This document shows, piece by piece, positions 1-16,759 of a stretch of 64,000 bases of DNA. The position numbers and the translations under genes were made by a program. The stretch lies in NCBI RefSeq assembly GCF_009914755.1, contig NC_060937.1. One strand, 5' to 3'. The first letter of the stretch is position 1. Every line of letters starts with the position of its first letter. The notes under the pieces are model-generated. The model was not told the DNA's origin, searched no databases, and worked only from the letters and a program-made list of their open reading frames with translations. Origin of the DNA: the human T2T-CHM13v2.0 reference genome, Homo sapiens.

Positions 1-533
1 ACCTAGTGGGGCTCTTGGCTCCTGGCAGGTTGCTGCCTTCCGTGCCCACCATGGCTCAGGGCTCTACTCTCATCTGTGCCACTTGGTACCCACAGACCTT
101 ATAGCAAGTGTTTTTCTATTTCCACTCAAAAATTAAAAAGCTCTATGGCAAACTCCCGACATTGAGCTGCTGATGTGGGTGGTCCCAGCGGTTAGTGTGT
201 TGGTTAGAAAGTTGCTATGCCGGACAGGTTTGCCCTGGACTCTCAAACCCTGTATTTTCATGAACTGCTTCTTTTTTCAGTCCTTTCTGTAGAGTGCTAG
301 GTTTTTCAGGAATGAGTTTATCGTGTTTTAGCAGTGACACTTGTCTTATTAGTTGTTACCTTTCATTTCCTGATGAACGAATCTTGGTCTAGATTGTTGA
401 GGGACTTGCCAATAAAAGGAAAATCATTCAAATAAGAATAATTTCAATAAAGCCAAGATAGAAGGTTTTCAAGGACAATCATGGCCGGAAGATACAGTGG
501 CAATAAAGGTATTTTGAATGAATTAACACCCAT

Positions 534-858
<325 letters not shown>

Positions 859-1592
859 GTAGCACCCAGCACCAAAGAGGAAATAATAATGATTTCCTGT
901 AGACATAAGGCTAACCAGTGTTTATAACGCAAAGATAACCTCCCTTCAGAGTCCCCCCAAGCTTAGGTGAAGTTGGTTGTGAGCAGGAATAGTGAATTTC
1001 AAAATAATACACCTAGATTACTCTAAGAATATTTCTTTTGACTTCACTTACAATTTTATACAAAAGCAGAAGTTATTAAAGATTACTTTTCATATTTACC
1101 ACCATCTTCTTACCCCAACCCCCATGTCTGTGTGTAATTAAAGGAAGCTTGTCAAGTAAGCTACCTATTTAGTGCTCGGAATGAAAGGGAGTGTGTGTTG
1201 GGAGTTGGGGGACTGCTTGCGTGAAACATTTCTCTCTTCTGGATTTAAAACTTAGTCTTGGTTGCCAATCTGTTAACAGACAGTTTGTAAATGAAGGGGA
1301 AGAAAAATATATAAATTAGCTTTCTAATAAATCTGAAATTACAAATGTGAACCAAAGCAGGGAATAAATACTTGACCAAAAATATGTAAGTAAGTGGGTG
1401 TTGGGGAATCACAATTTTTGAATATCTCAAGTTTTTGCTTTGAAAGTTCTATTTCAAAGTTCTTCAAAATGATGCCTGATGTTCCTGCATACTGTGTTCC
1501 AAATTTAGGTAAATACAAGATGGAAACTGTGAAGTATGTACCTTCAAAAAAGAAGAAAGACACTGACATTTTATCTATATATATGTAATAGA

Positions 1593-1598
1593 TTTATG
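1593..1598 (-). promoter_or_regulatory. Candidate non-canonical polyA signal (CATAAA) for TPTE
   Basis: About 135 nt after the stop; I saw no minus-strand AATAAA between 1141 and 1732; GATAAA at 1570-1575 is an alternative. Confidence 0.35.
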
Positions 1599-1732
1599 AA
1601 GAACATATATAAACATATATAAACATAAATAAATACTTCAAGGAACATTTAGGATAGATTTAGGATATATGAACATGTGGCAGGGTTGGAAAGAACATAA
1701 TTCTTTCCCAGAAGGGGAAGGGGGAGCTATAC

Positions 1733-1868
1733 TTAATCGGATCCAGCTACAACATCACTGGAAGTCATTTTCTCGCCAAAAAGTATCTCCACGGCAAAAT
1801 CTGATGGATAAATTCTCCGTGCTTTTTGTTTATGTAGATTATCCAATTCATTTTTTGGTAGATAAAGC
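1733..1868 (-). CDS. TPTE: TPTE last coding exon (C2 end, stop)
   Basis: ttcttAG|[48 protein letters not shown] (stop 1733-1735). Confidence 0.96.
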
Positions 1869-3652
1869 CTAAGAATAGAAAAAAATTATTACATTTTATA
1901 TTGGGGCTCACTGAAAAGCCACACAGTTGGGTACCCACGTTAGAGCTGGAAGAAACAAAAAAAGAACCTCACCATGAATAGAACCTCAGCCCTTTTTTTG
2001 TGTCTCAGTTGGCTCCTTCCACCTTTTTACTGAGACATAAAAATACTTTAATCTTCAGCAACACATCAGTAACACATGCTGACTCTCTTAGCATTGCTTT
2101 ATATGGAATTAATGACATCCAAGTTTAATAAAATATCTAAATTTCTCTCTGTGACAGAAATCAGTCAGGATAGACATGAATGAAAGCCCAGTAATAAAAT
2201 ACTATATCTCTTTTAATTTATGTGTGAGGTTGCAATTTTTTGAATTTTTACAATCAGACCTTGGAAATGACCTTGAGCAGTAGGATATAACTCCCACATG
2301 CTGAGTGTTCCAATAATGGAACACTAGGCATAAATTGGTTAACCCATTTATGCCTCGTGTTCTCAATGATAGAAGTTAGCATTTTTAGCTAAACAACAAT
2401 CTCATAACAAAAACAGCTTTACCAAGTAGGATGTAAATTTAAATGTTACAGAAATCTTTAGAAATTTATATAAAATAAGAATAAAAGTGACCTAGCTTAT
2501 CACTTCTCCAAAATGAACATAGTGTTTTAAAGGAAAAAAAAAATGGTATCCTTTAGCAAGAACCACTTTTGAGGAGCAGCATCAAATGAAGCTCCACCCA
2601 GGTCTCACTTTTTGAGGGTCTTTGCTCATGTTAGAATAAAAAGCTTATTGTTTGTATGCATCCAAAAAAAAAAACTTGTAAAAAATTTCCATCAAATCCA
2701 AAGTTGACTCTATCAAAATCCATTAAATGTTTTGCATTGCAAGTGTGCAGACCAGAGGTTTAATTTCCTGTTGCCTTGCTGGACTTAAGGAATCATTCGA
2801 TCCAGTTCACATTTGAAGAAAAGATTAGGACTGGATGTAACAATAACTATCAATTCATGCCACATATAATCATAGCCACTTCTTCAACTCTGACCTAAAT
2901 CATTTAAAAAATATTTTGTCCTTTTGTATTGAAGAGTATGGTTGACACAAAAAAAGTCTCAATTTTTCACCATCACAAAACAAATGCTACTTACAGTGGA
3001 GAACTTCTAGACTGAGAAATGAGTTTCCAAATATGGCAGAAGGTTTTTTTGGAACAATAATCTCCAAATCCAATTAATAATTTTTCAGAAAGGTTTCCCA
3101 ATTCAGTTATTAGAAAGCCATATTTGAATGGCTATTTAAATAGACTATTACTTAATGATATTTCTTAGCTGTATTCCTTAATACTGTGTCTTGTGACTTC
3201 TCCTAGATATAAGTGTGTCAGTCAGCTTTTCAGCTAGCTGAAGCCTCCCTAGGTCCTGCCTTCCTTTAGCACAAAAGTTGATGGTGGTTCATCATTGGTA
3301 AATCAACACCTACTGACAGGGACCTGACATATTGAAGGTGCTGAGCAGCCTCATACTGAACTTCTCTGGGAGGAATTTACTACCACACTTAAGATCTGAT
3401 GATAATACTTTTGAACTCGTAACACAGTCCTATGGCATGGACCCTGAGGATACTGCAACAGTGGGTCTCAAGAACAAATGGATTTTTAAAATAACCAAAG
3501 TAAGAAGAGTAAGGCAAGGAACAATGGTGGTTCAAGGATTTTTTGCTTTCTATAAATTAAGTTTATGACAACCAGCAAAAGACTTGCCATTACACCTTAT
3601 ACATAGACATTGAAGATTAGGCTGTTTCTATGGGTTTCTATTATATTCATAC

Positions 3653-3723
3653 CTGTTATTTTCAATAAAAGATGTGTGCAACCAGAAGTAAAATGAGCAA
3701 TTGTCATAGTATGTAGGAAGATT
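3653..3723 (-). CDS. TPTE: TPTE exon, C2 domain
   Basis: AG|[23 protein letters not shown](R)|GTATG, 71 nt. Confidence 0.96.
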
Positions 3724-4124
3724 CTAAAAAGAAAAAAAAATTTCAAAGTAAAACTGATACCAAGAACTAATCATTCCAAAGAAATTGAAGTTCCTTTCTT
3801 TATTCTTTTTTATATTTATCAAACAATTATAACCATTAAATATGTGGCACTCTGCAATCTATAACAATACACTCAAGACACAAAGGAGGAGGCTTTAAGA
3901 AAATGCTACTGCATTCTCTTGCTGTTTCTATCAAAATTTTCAAGGAATAGTATTTTTCCCATGATAGGTATTTAATTTAAATGCTGCTATTTGAATCTGG
4001 TTTAGATAGTGCCAAACAGACTCTACTAAGGACCTATGTCTATATATACCCAACTACATTGTAGTGAATTCTTGTAATTTTTTTGTTGCCTCAGCATCCC
4101 TTTTAATTATAAATTGGATTTTCT

Positions 4125-4786
<662 letters not shown>

Positions 4787-5133
4787 TTAAAAAAGATGCA
4801 AAACAAAATGTAATCAATGCTATGCAGTAAAACATACCTTTGGGGTTTTTTTTTTTAGCATCTTGACTTTGTGTGTGTGTTTATTTTGTATTTTTTGTAT
4901 TTGAGAATACATGTAAATTTAGAAAAATTTAGAAAATTTACAATTTAGAAAAAAACAAATGAACAAAAATTATTTAAATTACATACGCTCTTTTAAAAAA
5001 ATTTGTTATAGATCTGATTTATTGTTTTCTTCCCCCTACCCCTCCCTTGTTGGGAATTGTAGTAAAGCAAATCTTACATGAAATCATTAGACCAGACAAG
5101 AACAATGGCAGAGGCTATTTTGTGATTACTCAC

Positions 5134-5226
5134 CGAAGAGAAAAACTGCACTTTCACATCATCATACAGAGGTGGACCGTCGAATACATCAATTAATATT
5201 TTGTCTGTTGTAATGTTATCAAGTAC
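5134..5226 (-). CDS. TPTE: TPTE exon, C2 domain
   Basis: AG|[31 protein letters not shown]|GTGAGT, 93 nt. Confidence 0.96.
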
Positions 5227-5421
5227 CTATGAATGAACACATGGAATTGAGAACTATAAACCTAGATAATGATAACAATGAAGTTCCTTTTCACTTATCA
5301 TGACTTCCTGTATTTATCAAGTACTTTTGGTCTCACAGCCCAATCACTACATACATAAATAATTATTAATAATCTCTTCTAGTTGCAATACTGTTGTTTA
5401 TGCGTGTGTGTTTACATTTGC

Positions 5422-6060
<639 letters not shown>

Positions 6061-6845
6061 TATGAGGCACTTTTCAAAAGTGCCGCACTTTTAAAAAGTA
6101 TTGAATTTTCCATTAGACTGTAATCAATTAAATATTATTATTTAATGTGTGTCATTTGATTTTTATGTGTTAGGGCCTTTTTTGAGAATACATTAAGAAG
6201 GTCAATTTTAAAGCTAGCATTGACATTCAAAAAGCAATGCATAACTTATCACGGTTTTTTATTTTCTGAATTTAAAAAATAACAACGGGGGTCTGTAACA
6301 CTTGGGGGTTGGGCCAGCATGCTCCTCCCAAGGGAGGGGGAGAGTGGGGTCCCCCTGCTCATCATGTTTTATCAGAACTCTTGTGTTTGTCAATGGGATC
6401 TTTGAACTTGACCAGTGCAGGCTGCTGGATGGAGTAACCAAAGATAGCTCAAGTTTTGGAATGAATGACTTTGACGCTGTACTAGTTCTTTGACTCATTC
6501 TCATAGAAATAATGGCACCCACAATAAGAAAGGTCTATACTAGGCCCTGTGAAAAACACAAAAGGGGGTGCAGACTCAGTTGGCCCCTTCAGGGAGCTGT
6601 ACACTTAAGAAACAATAGTAGAATGGTACATAACTCAATCTGTATGATAAAGACTGGGTGTGCTGTTATGCACTATTGGGGGCTAGTTAACAGAAGGTGC
6701 AGAATGCAAAAATTTCATTAAGGAGGTAGAAATTGAATTGGGCATGAAGCAGTTTAGATAAAGGAAGAAGAGCTCTGAAAACAGAATCTAGTCCAAATGG
6801 AGGGAAAAAGACCAGCAATAACACAAAGTAGAAATTAGAAAAATG

Positions 6846-7157
<312 letters not shown>

Positions 7158-7177
7158 ATTGGAAAAACAACAACAAA

Positions 7178-7478
<301 letters not shown>

Positions 7479-8639
7479 ATTAGAGTTGTGTTCCAAGAGC
7501 CAAAAGGGATGACCCAGTTTATTTGGAATGAAGTCTGCTGGTCAAGCTACTCATGGAAAAAAGCTCAGGTATTACACGTTAGGGCTATTATATCTTCAGA
7601 GCTCAAGAGCCAAGGAAATAAGAGTGACGTTGTTGAAAAATATGGTTGAGCATTTCCTATGTGACAAAGAGGCCTGATAATTATCACATATAACACTTAT
7701 TTAGTGATTTATAGTTTACAAAGAAACTTTATATATATTATCTAATTTAATTCCCATTACACTTGAGATGTGATATTTATTTTACAGATAAGGATGTTGA
7801 GCCAGAGGTGTTAACTGGCTCTGACTACAGGCACACAGTGTGTCTTCTGCTCTACCTACAATTTTTCACAACGAGAGCAATATTTCAGAATGCATATTTC
7901 AGGATTCTATACATTGCATTATAGAAGGAGAAAGAAAGGGTAAGGAGACCACTGCGGAAATCTAGGCATGAGCAAAGGAGATTCTGGACAATTAGTGGCA
8001 GTGAGAACAGAAAGGAAGGAGAACATAGAAAACTGTCAAAGGCATAATCAAGAGATTGATGACTAACTGGATTTAGGGGGCCGAGGCAAAGAGAATCAAA
8101 GCCCAAGGCATGAGTGGAAGAATGCTGGTGCCATTTGCAGAAGCAGAGAGAAAGCTCCTTGATAATTCAGACTGGCTAATGCATTTGAGTTGGAGTGGAA
8201 ACTGTTCATGTTGTAGCTCCTGCATCTACAACTCAGCGGGTGCTCATAATTGGCTGTTATGAGTTGTTATGAGTAAATGAACAAATAATAGTTGAAGTAA
8301 GGGGAACGGGTCATCCTTTAAGAGTAAAGTATTTGCTAAGAACACAAAGCCAAGGGTCAGGCCTGGGTGAATGCCCTCAGTCGGGAGAGGCCAAAAAAGC
8401 CGGGCGCAGAGTAGGGAGGGCATGGCAGGGAATAGGGTTAGTAATAGGAGAATTTGAGACAAAGGCCTGGGTAGGAATTCTAAAAGTTTATGATTATTAG
8501 ACCATGAAAGATGCTTTCTGTTTCAGAAAAGGTATATAGTTTTAGGCATTTCTTCATTGAAGCAAAACATTGACTACCAGGTCCCTTTTGCTTTGGATAA
8601 AGAGGTTCCTCCCCCGTTCATTCACTCTTGCATTGTTTC

Positions 8640-8820
8640 TCACAGGGTCATCCCACAGAACCTCTGACTTAGGATCACTTGGGACATTGCTAAGTCTATA
8701 GATTCCTGGGCCCCATTCCAGATTTCCTGAATCATACTTTGGGGGTACAACCTAGGAATGTAAATCTTTACAAGCTCCTCAGTAGTTTTCATGCACACTA
8801 AACTTTTAGAATCAGTGCTA
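8640..8820. mobile_element. MER5-type hAT DNA transposon remnant
   Basis: agattcctgggccccattccaga...aggaatgtaaatctttacaagctcc motifs. Confidence 0.65.
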
Positions 8821-9181
8821 TATAACAAAAGATCAAATGACGGAGAAGAAGAGAATATGGTTAAAAATGACCAGATAATGTAAATTAAAATCCTTAATAC
8901 ATTCCTGGGAACACGCTCAGTGTTTGTGGAAGTGTGAAAGGGAAAGCAACACTGACCAGAAATAAATTCTGGAAAGCACCCTGAAAAAACTGTTTTGAAC
9001 ACACAGGTTAATTTATCTCTGGTTTGCATCCAAACCCAATGACACCAAGTTGGATGGTAACCAGAAAGCGTTATGGAATCTCTTTATGGTGAGTGATAGT
9101 TTAGGGAGGTGAACATTGCTGGTTTGACATTCAGCCTTAAAACAAACATCAGATTTTTTCAATTCACATGTTTTCTCTTAC

Positions 9182-9261
9182 CGAACATTTTCCTAATGAA
9201 ATAGTGGAAAAGACAACCTTTTTCTCCATTTCTATTTGGATTTTTAGATCACGTACATAAC
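9182..9261 (-). CDS. TPTE: TPTE exon, C2 domain
   Basis: CAG|(R)[26 protein letters not shown]|GTAAG, 80 nt. Confidence 0.95.
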
Positions 9262-9561
9262 CTGTTCCAACAAAATGAAATTAAAAAGTTAGGTTGGCTA
9301 GCGTGAACATCAATATGTCTCACCAATTAACATCATGGATTAAAATGAGAAAAAATTATCCAAGCTAACAATGTATCAATAGTCACTTATTTGGTCTTGC
9401 ATGGATTTTGTCTTTGAAAGACAAGCCTTCAAGCCCAGTTCTGTCTCCTAAAGCAGATTTTATAAGATGAGAGAAGAGGAAAAAAAATACATATAGTTCA
9501 GCTTCGAAGACTTAGAATCCCATCACTTTTATCTTTCCAGAAAAAATATTTAGGGAAGCTA

Positions 9562-9914
<353 letters not shown>

Positions 9915-11188
9915 CTAATATGTTGCTTTCTTCAGACTTCTAATCATAATGATTCTTAATAATAAATTCTGTCGTTTAAGTACTTTGGCCCTACTTTAAG
10001 GCCAGTTCCTGATGCAATCTCTATAAAAATATACGATAGTTATATCCAAAAATTCCAGTGGTGTTCAGTATATATTTACAGACAAAGGCTTTTTTGTTCC
10101 TTTTTTTCCAAATTGAAATGACCCACTTCCCTTAGCATTTCCTCAAAGACTTGGTTTCTCAGCCAATTAATTTTTTTATTGCTTTCCTCTCAACTCTACA
10201 TTGATTTTAATTTAAATGTTCACAAAACTAAAGGTAGAGAATTAAAACAAATATTTTAATAAACTAGTGTATTATCTTTGTTCATCTCATATGCTGTTTG
10301 TTTTCATTTAATTTTGTTTTCACTAACACCATATTTATTTGTCATTAGAAATCACAGTTTCTTGCCTCAGTTCCCTCTTTCCCATTCCAAGTGCAGAACT
10401 TCTTTCTATTGATGTCTACCAGAAATCAGTGAAATGTAGAACTAAACTCAGAAGGCTAAAAATACTAGGCTGTCTGTGTGGACACCAGCATCCTGGCCCC
10501 ATGGCACCTATAGCACCCAGCACTGGCACCATCTCAGGTCCACAAGCTGGCTGCTAGAAGAGGTTTGCTTTAGGGGTTCTGAAGCATCGCCTCCCTGCTA
10601 CATCTCCGGCAGTGGGAGTGGTGAGGCCCCATCCCTTCCACACAGACACATCCTGCTTTCCCACCTCCCCTGAGTGTAAGCTGGGAGTGAGAGGGTTACA
10701 GATGGAGGAGAGAGGGGAAAGGGAGAGCCCAGGGTGATGAGAAAAAAAATGCCTCTAAAAGAAGGTGAGAAAATGATACGATACGGAGACACCTCCACCA
10801 AGGCAAACTCTGAACTAGAGGTGGTTCTGAGAAATAAGCAGGCTTGAGGGCACATGGGTCCTCCTCCTCCCTCATCAGAGGCTCCCTCTGCCCGGAAAAG
10901 TCCGCCTGGGTTGAGACCAGAGGAGCAATGAGAACAGGAGAGATGGGAAAGGGATGAAGTCCCCCAAATTGGTGATGGAAAAGAAAAAGTGAAGAACATC
11001 TAAGGGCTGGCAATCAATGGGCAATTGCAGGAGGAGCGGCATAAATAAGGAGGAGTTCCTGTGTGAGGATATGTAAAAAGACAAGTATGAGTTAGGATCA
11101 TCTGTATATACGACTATGAGCAAAACCCTCCCAGAGTGGGGACATTGGCCCTCCTGCCCAATTCTTCAATTATACATAAAGCACTTAC

Positions 11189-11294
11189 GAGGAATCGAAT
11201 AAATAATGAAGTGTTTTATAAAGAGTATCCGTCTTGGAGGGAGATTCCAGTTGTAGAGATGTTTCACTTGTGCAAAATATGCAACATATCTCTT
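11189..11294 (-). CDS. TPTE: TPTE exon, phosphatase/C2 junction
   Basis: CAG|[35 protein letters not shown]|GTAAGT, 106 nt. Confidence 0.96.
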
Positions 11295-11911
11295 CTGAAA
11301 AGCAACAGAAATCTTCCTTTAAGTGGAGATGAAAAGTCTAAAGTCGGCATTCCTTTTTTTTTTTTTTTTGCATAAAGCTTGTTAATGGAGGTAAGTAATT
11401 AAGGAAACATTTACTGGATGCCATAATATAACTAGATATTTTTAGGGATGCTGCCCCACAACTATCTACCTTGAGGGAAAAATACTGAATTCAGTGCAAT
11501 GGGGAAGTAACAAGGATGGAGCCAGGCCCTGTTTATAGGCTGCTTATGGTTGACAGGGCAACTAATCAGAAGCACAACAAAACAGTTACAGTATCATCAG
11601 TGTCTGGATAGAAGCTTAGTTGTGACTGAGTTAGAGGAAGACTTGTGGTTTGGTGATGAGCAGCTTCCTGGGCATGAGAGAATGGTATAAGTGAAAACTC
11701 CAGAGGAATACCTCCAAACCTCAGTAGCAGGTTTCCCGTCCCTCTTCTCTTGTTCCTGACAGCTACAATTTCTTCACTTTGCATTTCCTCAATTCTGTTT
11801 TCCCAAGGAAGCCCTGAAATTGTCTTAGCCTTGTCCTTTCCCTGGGGCAAGCTGTTCACAACAGCTCTCCCCTGAATCTTTCTTCAAGGTATTGAAGAGC
11901 TCTGGTACTCA

Positions 11912-12250
<339 letters not shown>

Positions 12251-14444
12251 CTCATAAGTTCACAGACTGTTCCTTACCCATTGGGAAATGTTGATTAAAG
12301 TAACTAACGGCCATACTTCCCTTTAGAAAGGGCCAGTCATGAGACAGGTTCATGAAAGTCCTTAACTTAGGAGTAGATGCACTCAGTAGAATGGCCCACA
12401 ATGCAGGATCAGAATGTGATGGTGTCTGAGAATCACCACCAGACACAGAGGGCACTCTGTCCTGAGGTCTTGCCAACACAGCTCTCAAACGTGCAGCTGA
12501 GTCCCTGTGTTGCTTTTTCGGTGAATCAGAAGAGACTCAGTTGCAGCCTTTGGTGTGCTAGTTCTGGACTACAGTTAGGGAAACTATGCACGACTGCAGA
12601 AGAAATGGGGATGGGGAGATGTGTGGGGAGAGTTGTTGAAGGAGCTCCGTCTAGCATCCCGTTAGCTTCTGCCACTAGATTCTCCACCTTTCCCTAAGGG
12701 CTGTAAACCACCAGGGCCCTCAAGCTGCTTGTGCTCCCACGCTTCCTTCTCCTACAACTTAAAACAACATGGACTTGTAGTAGAAATTAATACAACCAAC
12801 ACATAGGAGGCACTCACTACAAACAAAGAAAACATTATGAGAAAAGGGTGGAAAGATGGGTAAGCCACGGGCTTTGCCTTTAAAGGGGATACAGAAGTCA
12901 CCACTTCAAATAACTAGAGAATGATGCAAAGTGACGTAGTCCCTAAAAGAAACACAAAGGGCTCTAAGAATTGAAAAAGCAAGAGACTACTTCAGGCTGA
13001 GAAGGGAAAGGGACTCTAGGAAAAGGGGCATGAGCAATGGCATGAGGGTATCAAGTGTCCATAGGCTGGGAAAGAGCACAGAGTCTAAATGTGTTGGAGT
13101 ATGGGATGTGTGATGCACACAGCGGAAGAGAAGGTTGGAAAAGTCAAAGAGTGGCTCTTGAGTGCCAGGTTGAAACGTTTAGTTTATTGCCATTGGCAGT
13201 GGGGACATAGTATGGATTTTAAGCATGGAAATGGCATGATTAGGGCTGCACTTCAGTAAATTCACCTATCACTTTTAGCTTAGAGTCTATGACTATCTTT
13301 GTTTTGTTTTGTTTTGTTTTGTTTGGGGCTTGGGTGTGGGAGAAAAGTAGCAGTGGATAAAGCTGAGTTCTTCTGGCCCAAACTAAAGGCTTAGGGCCAG
13401 TAGTTAGAGAGTTCTTCTACTCAGCTCCCACCACTTAAAGAAAAACTCATTTACAGCCACATCCAAATCCATTTAGAAATTCCCAACCCGCTCTCACTTC
13501 GGTTTCAGGGGCAATATAGAAAAGGCAATATAAATGACAAGCTGTGCACAGCAAGGGCTTCAGAGACTGACATCTAGATTTCAGTCCTTGGTTCAAAGGT
13601 TACTTTCTCTAAACCTCAATTTTCTAATTTATGAGAATCATAGTAGTGCCTACTCACAGAGTTACTGAGAATATTAAATGAGATAGTGAATAGAGAACCC
13701 TCAGAATAGTTCACCAAAGTCTAGAATGTTGTAAATGCTATAGGATAAACATCCTGGTTTCTGCAATAAACAAATTACAAGTAATAAAAAATGGTGAGAA
13801 ATCTATGAACTTAGATTCTTAAAAGAGACTTAGGAGACACAGCAACCAAATGAAATGTGTGGACTTTGTTTGAATTCTGATTAAACAAACTAAATTTTCA
13901 AAGATTTTAAGACAATTTTGGAAACAAACATGGACTACAAATTTGATATAAAGGATTTTTAAGGTATAATATTGTTAGATATGATAAAAAGTGTTAAGGT
14001 TTTTTCTTGTTGTTTTAAGAGTACTTAAATGTCATACTAAAATGCTGTGTGATAAAATGATCTGACGACTGAAATTTCCTTTACAATAACTCAGATTTAG
14101 GGAAAACAAGAGTGGAGAGTGGGGTTGGGGGGTGTGAGTGGAGTGGGAAAGAATGGATGAAATGTGACTGGCGCCAGCTGAAATACTGTTGCAGCAATGT
14201 GATGACTACATGAGGATATAGTGTATGATTCTCTGGACTTTTGTATATGATTAAAATTTTCCATAACAAAATGTTTCTAAAAGAAAAAACAGAGTAACAG
14301 TGTATATTTCATACAGGTGTTATGGGTATTAAATGAGATATGTAAAAGTGCAATACTGTCTGGGATACAGAAGGGGTTTTGAAAAGTTTATTTTCCCTTT
14401 TATTTTCTCTTTTAAAATACACCTCCCCCACAACACACAGAAAA

Positions 14445-14445
<1 letters not shown>

Positions 14446-14477
<32 letters not shown>
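14446..14477. repeat. (CA)n microsatellite
   Basis: Read directly. Confidence 0.95.
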
Positions 14478-14478
<1 letters not shown>

Positions 14479-14909
14479 AGGAGTCATCCAAAAACAGTCT
14501 TTGTGATGTTCTGCAAGGGTTGAATTGTCCTAGTAAGGGTTTGTGAAAGACTTGGATCTTTTTTACATTGAAATCAAAGGCTGGTGATTTTAGACACACT
14601 TCAGAGTCCTGGAGCCTTGGGTACTGGACCTTCCTACTTTGGGAAAATAATCAACTCCTGAGCTCTGTAAACAATAACCAGTATAGAATAGAAAGCAGGA
14701 TTCTCTGAAGAGAAACCAGAGTCCCCAGCATGTGGGCAGCACCTGAAGCGTGACCCTCAGACTCAGGGAGGGACTAAGGCCTGTTGCAGGGCACCCAACT
14801 GCTGCTGCCTGATCACCAAAGGAGAGGAGTCTAAAATGAAACCAAATAACAGGTGGCAATCTGAACCCACACCCCTAAAAAAACTCCCATTTTTAAAAAG
14901 AAAACTTAC

Positions 14910-14990
14910 CTGAGAAGGAGTTTCTACTCCCTGAAATTTTTCGCTGTGGGTTTTATCTGTTCGCCTTTCTCCAAAATAATACAGGCTTTC
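14910..14990 (-). CDS. TPTE: TPTE exon, phosphatase TI/gating loop
   Basis: TAG|[27 protein letters not shown]|GTAAGT, 81 nt. Confidence 0.96.
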
Positions 14991-15096
14991 CTACAAAAAA
15001 GGGTACAATCCAACCATGGTTCATCTGCACTCTTTCCTTTCCTATATTAGGTACCCTTAGTGTTTCTACGCCCACCTTCTTTCCTAAAGTCAGTGA

Positions 15097-15502
<406 letters not shown>

Positions 15503-16304
15503 TAGAAAGCATCTGGTCCAACCCTTCTTTCCATATTACAAATGACAACACTGAGACCAAAACAAAACCAAGCAACCTGCCAAGGAGATGCTGCAGCCAG
15601 TTAGAAGAAGCACAGGCCTCGCATACATGTCCCTGGGTCTCAGTCTAGGGCTCTGGATCAATGGCTGTCAATGACTTTCAAACCTTTTGTTTTTTAAGTT
15701 GCAATCCACATTAATAAACCTAGGAGACACACACACACACCAATATTTAAACCTTTGGATATTTTCTATTCTGCTCTATTCATTTTATTTTCAAACGATG
15801 TCAGTTACAATCCAGTAACTTTATTTTAAAACTCACTGATAAATCATGATCCATAGCTTGAAAAACACCATCCTAGAACACCCATTTTCAAAATCTGTGT
15901 ATCTCAAATTAGAGAAACCAAAGGTGGTGGAATTGGAGTCTGGGCATTGTGCACAACCACCACCTCTTCCCTAGACTGAGGCCAAACAACTCGAGCAGAG
16001 CTGCTGGAAATGGTAGCATCTCAGCAAGAAAACGGCAGAAAGAAAAATGACTGAGAACTCTGCTTTAAGTGGAAACAGCCCACCTTGTCTTATCAGAAAT
16101 TTTTAGAGGTCACAGACTCCACATGTATTGACTAAGCAAAGATATTTACATTCAGGAGAGGCTTTGTTTTGAGTTGTGAAATGTTGCTTTTTATCTACCT
16201 AAGAGTTGTGAGGATGGGCAAGGCTCTTTGGAGAATTTATCTAATTAAGCTTGATACTATTCTCACGAGGAAGGAAGAAGTCATGGTACTGGCAGGAGGA
16301 AGAG

Positions 16305-16558
16305 CAGGGCCAGGTGAAGTGAGGGAAGCATCTTGATTACTGAATGTTTTTTTCTGTGTAACATGGCTTTACTCCCCTCACCTTAATCCTGCCCCATCAG
16401 GTCTTGTCTTTATTTAACATGTTGATATTGTATACATCATCGATTTTTTGCATTAATTTTTATTAAAATATTGCGTTAAAATTATTTATTTTAATTATTA
16501 CAATTTTTAGCATTCCCTTAAATTTTGCACCTCATTGACCTCACTCTAGTCCTGGCCC
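16305..16558. mobile_element. Possible hAT-type DNA transposon remnant
   Basis: Ends cagggccagg... and ...cctggccc form imperfect TIRs around an AT-rich core. Confidence 0.4.
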
Positions 16559-16759
16559 AAAGAGATTCTGAAGTCAGCTACTAACTAGTGCACATTAAAC
16601 AAGAAAGTATCAAAAACAGACTTTCTAAAGACTGCTTCTCTAATTACAATTTTACTAAGCACCATGACTAAAATAATCATCTTAATGTCCTGCCAGTGAT
16701 GTTTCAGAACTAGCAAACTCAATCATCCTAAGACAAAGTTTGTAGAACATCTTTCATAC

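Noticed and set aside
1438-1459. Short inverted repeat ctttgaaa...tttcaaag
   Set aside because: An 8-bp AT-rich stem is expected by chance in 64 kb.
6255-6530. Coding-looking minus-strand stretch (..AIFGYSIQQPALVKFKDPIDKHKSSDKT*) followed by AATAAA near 6260, a possible retrocopy fragment
   Set aside because: I cannot match it to any protein and see no clear polyA tail or TSD. TBLASTX/BLASTN would be needed.
10476-11123. Cluster of overlapping ORFs in a purine-rich segment
   Set aside because: No recognisable homology; the open minus frames are explained by base composition and the plus frame has several stops.
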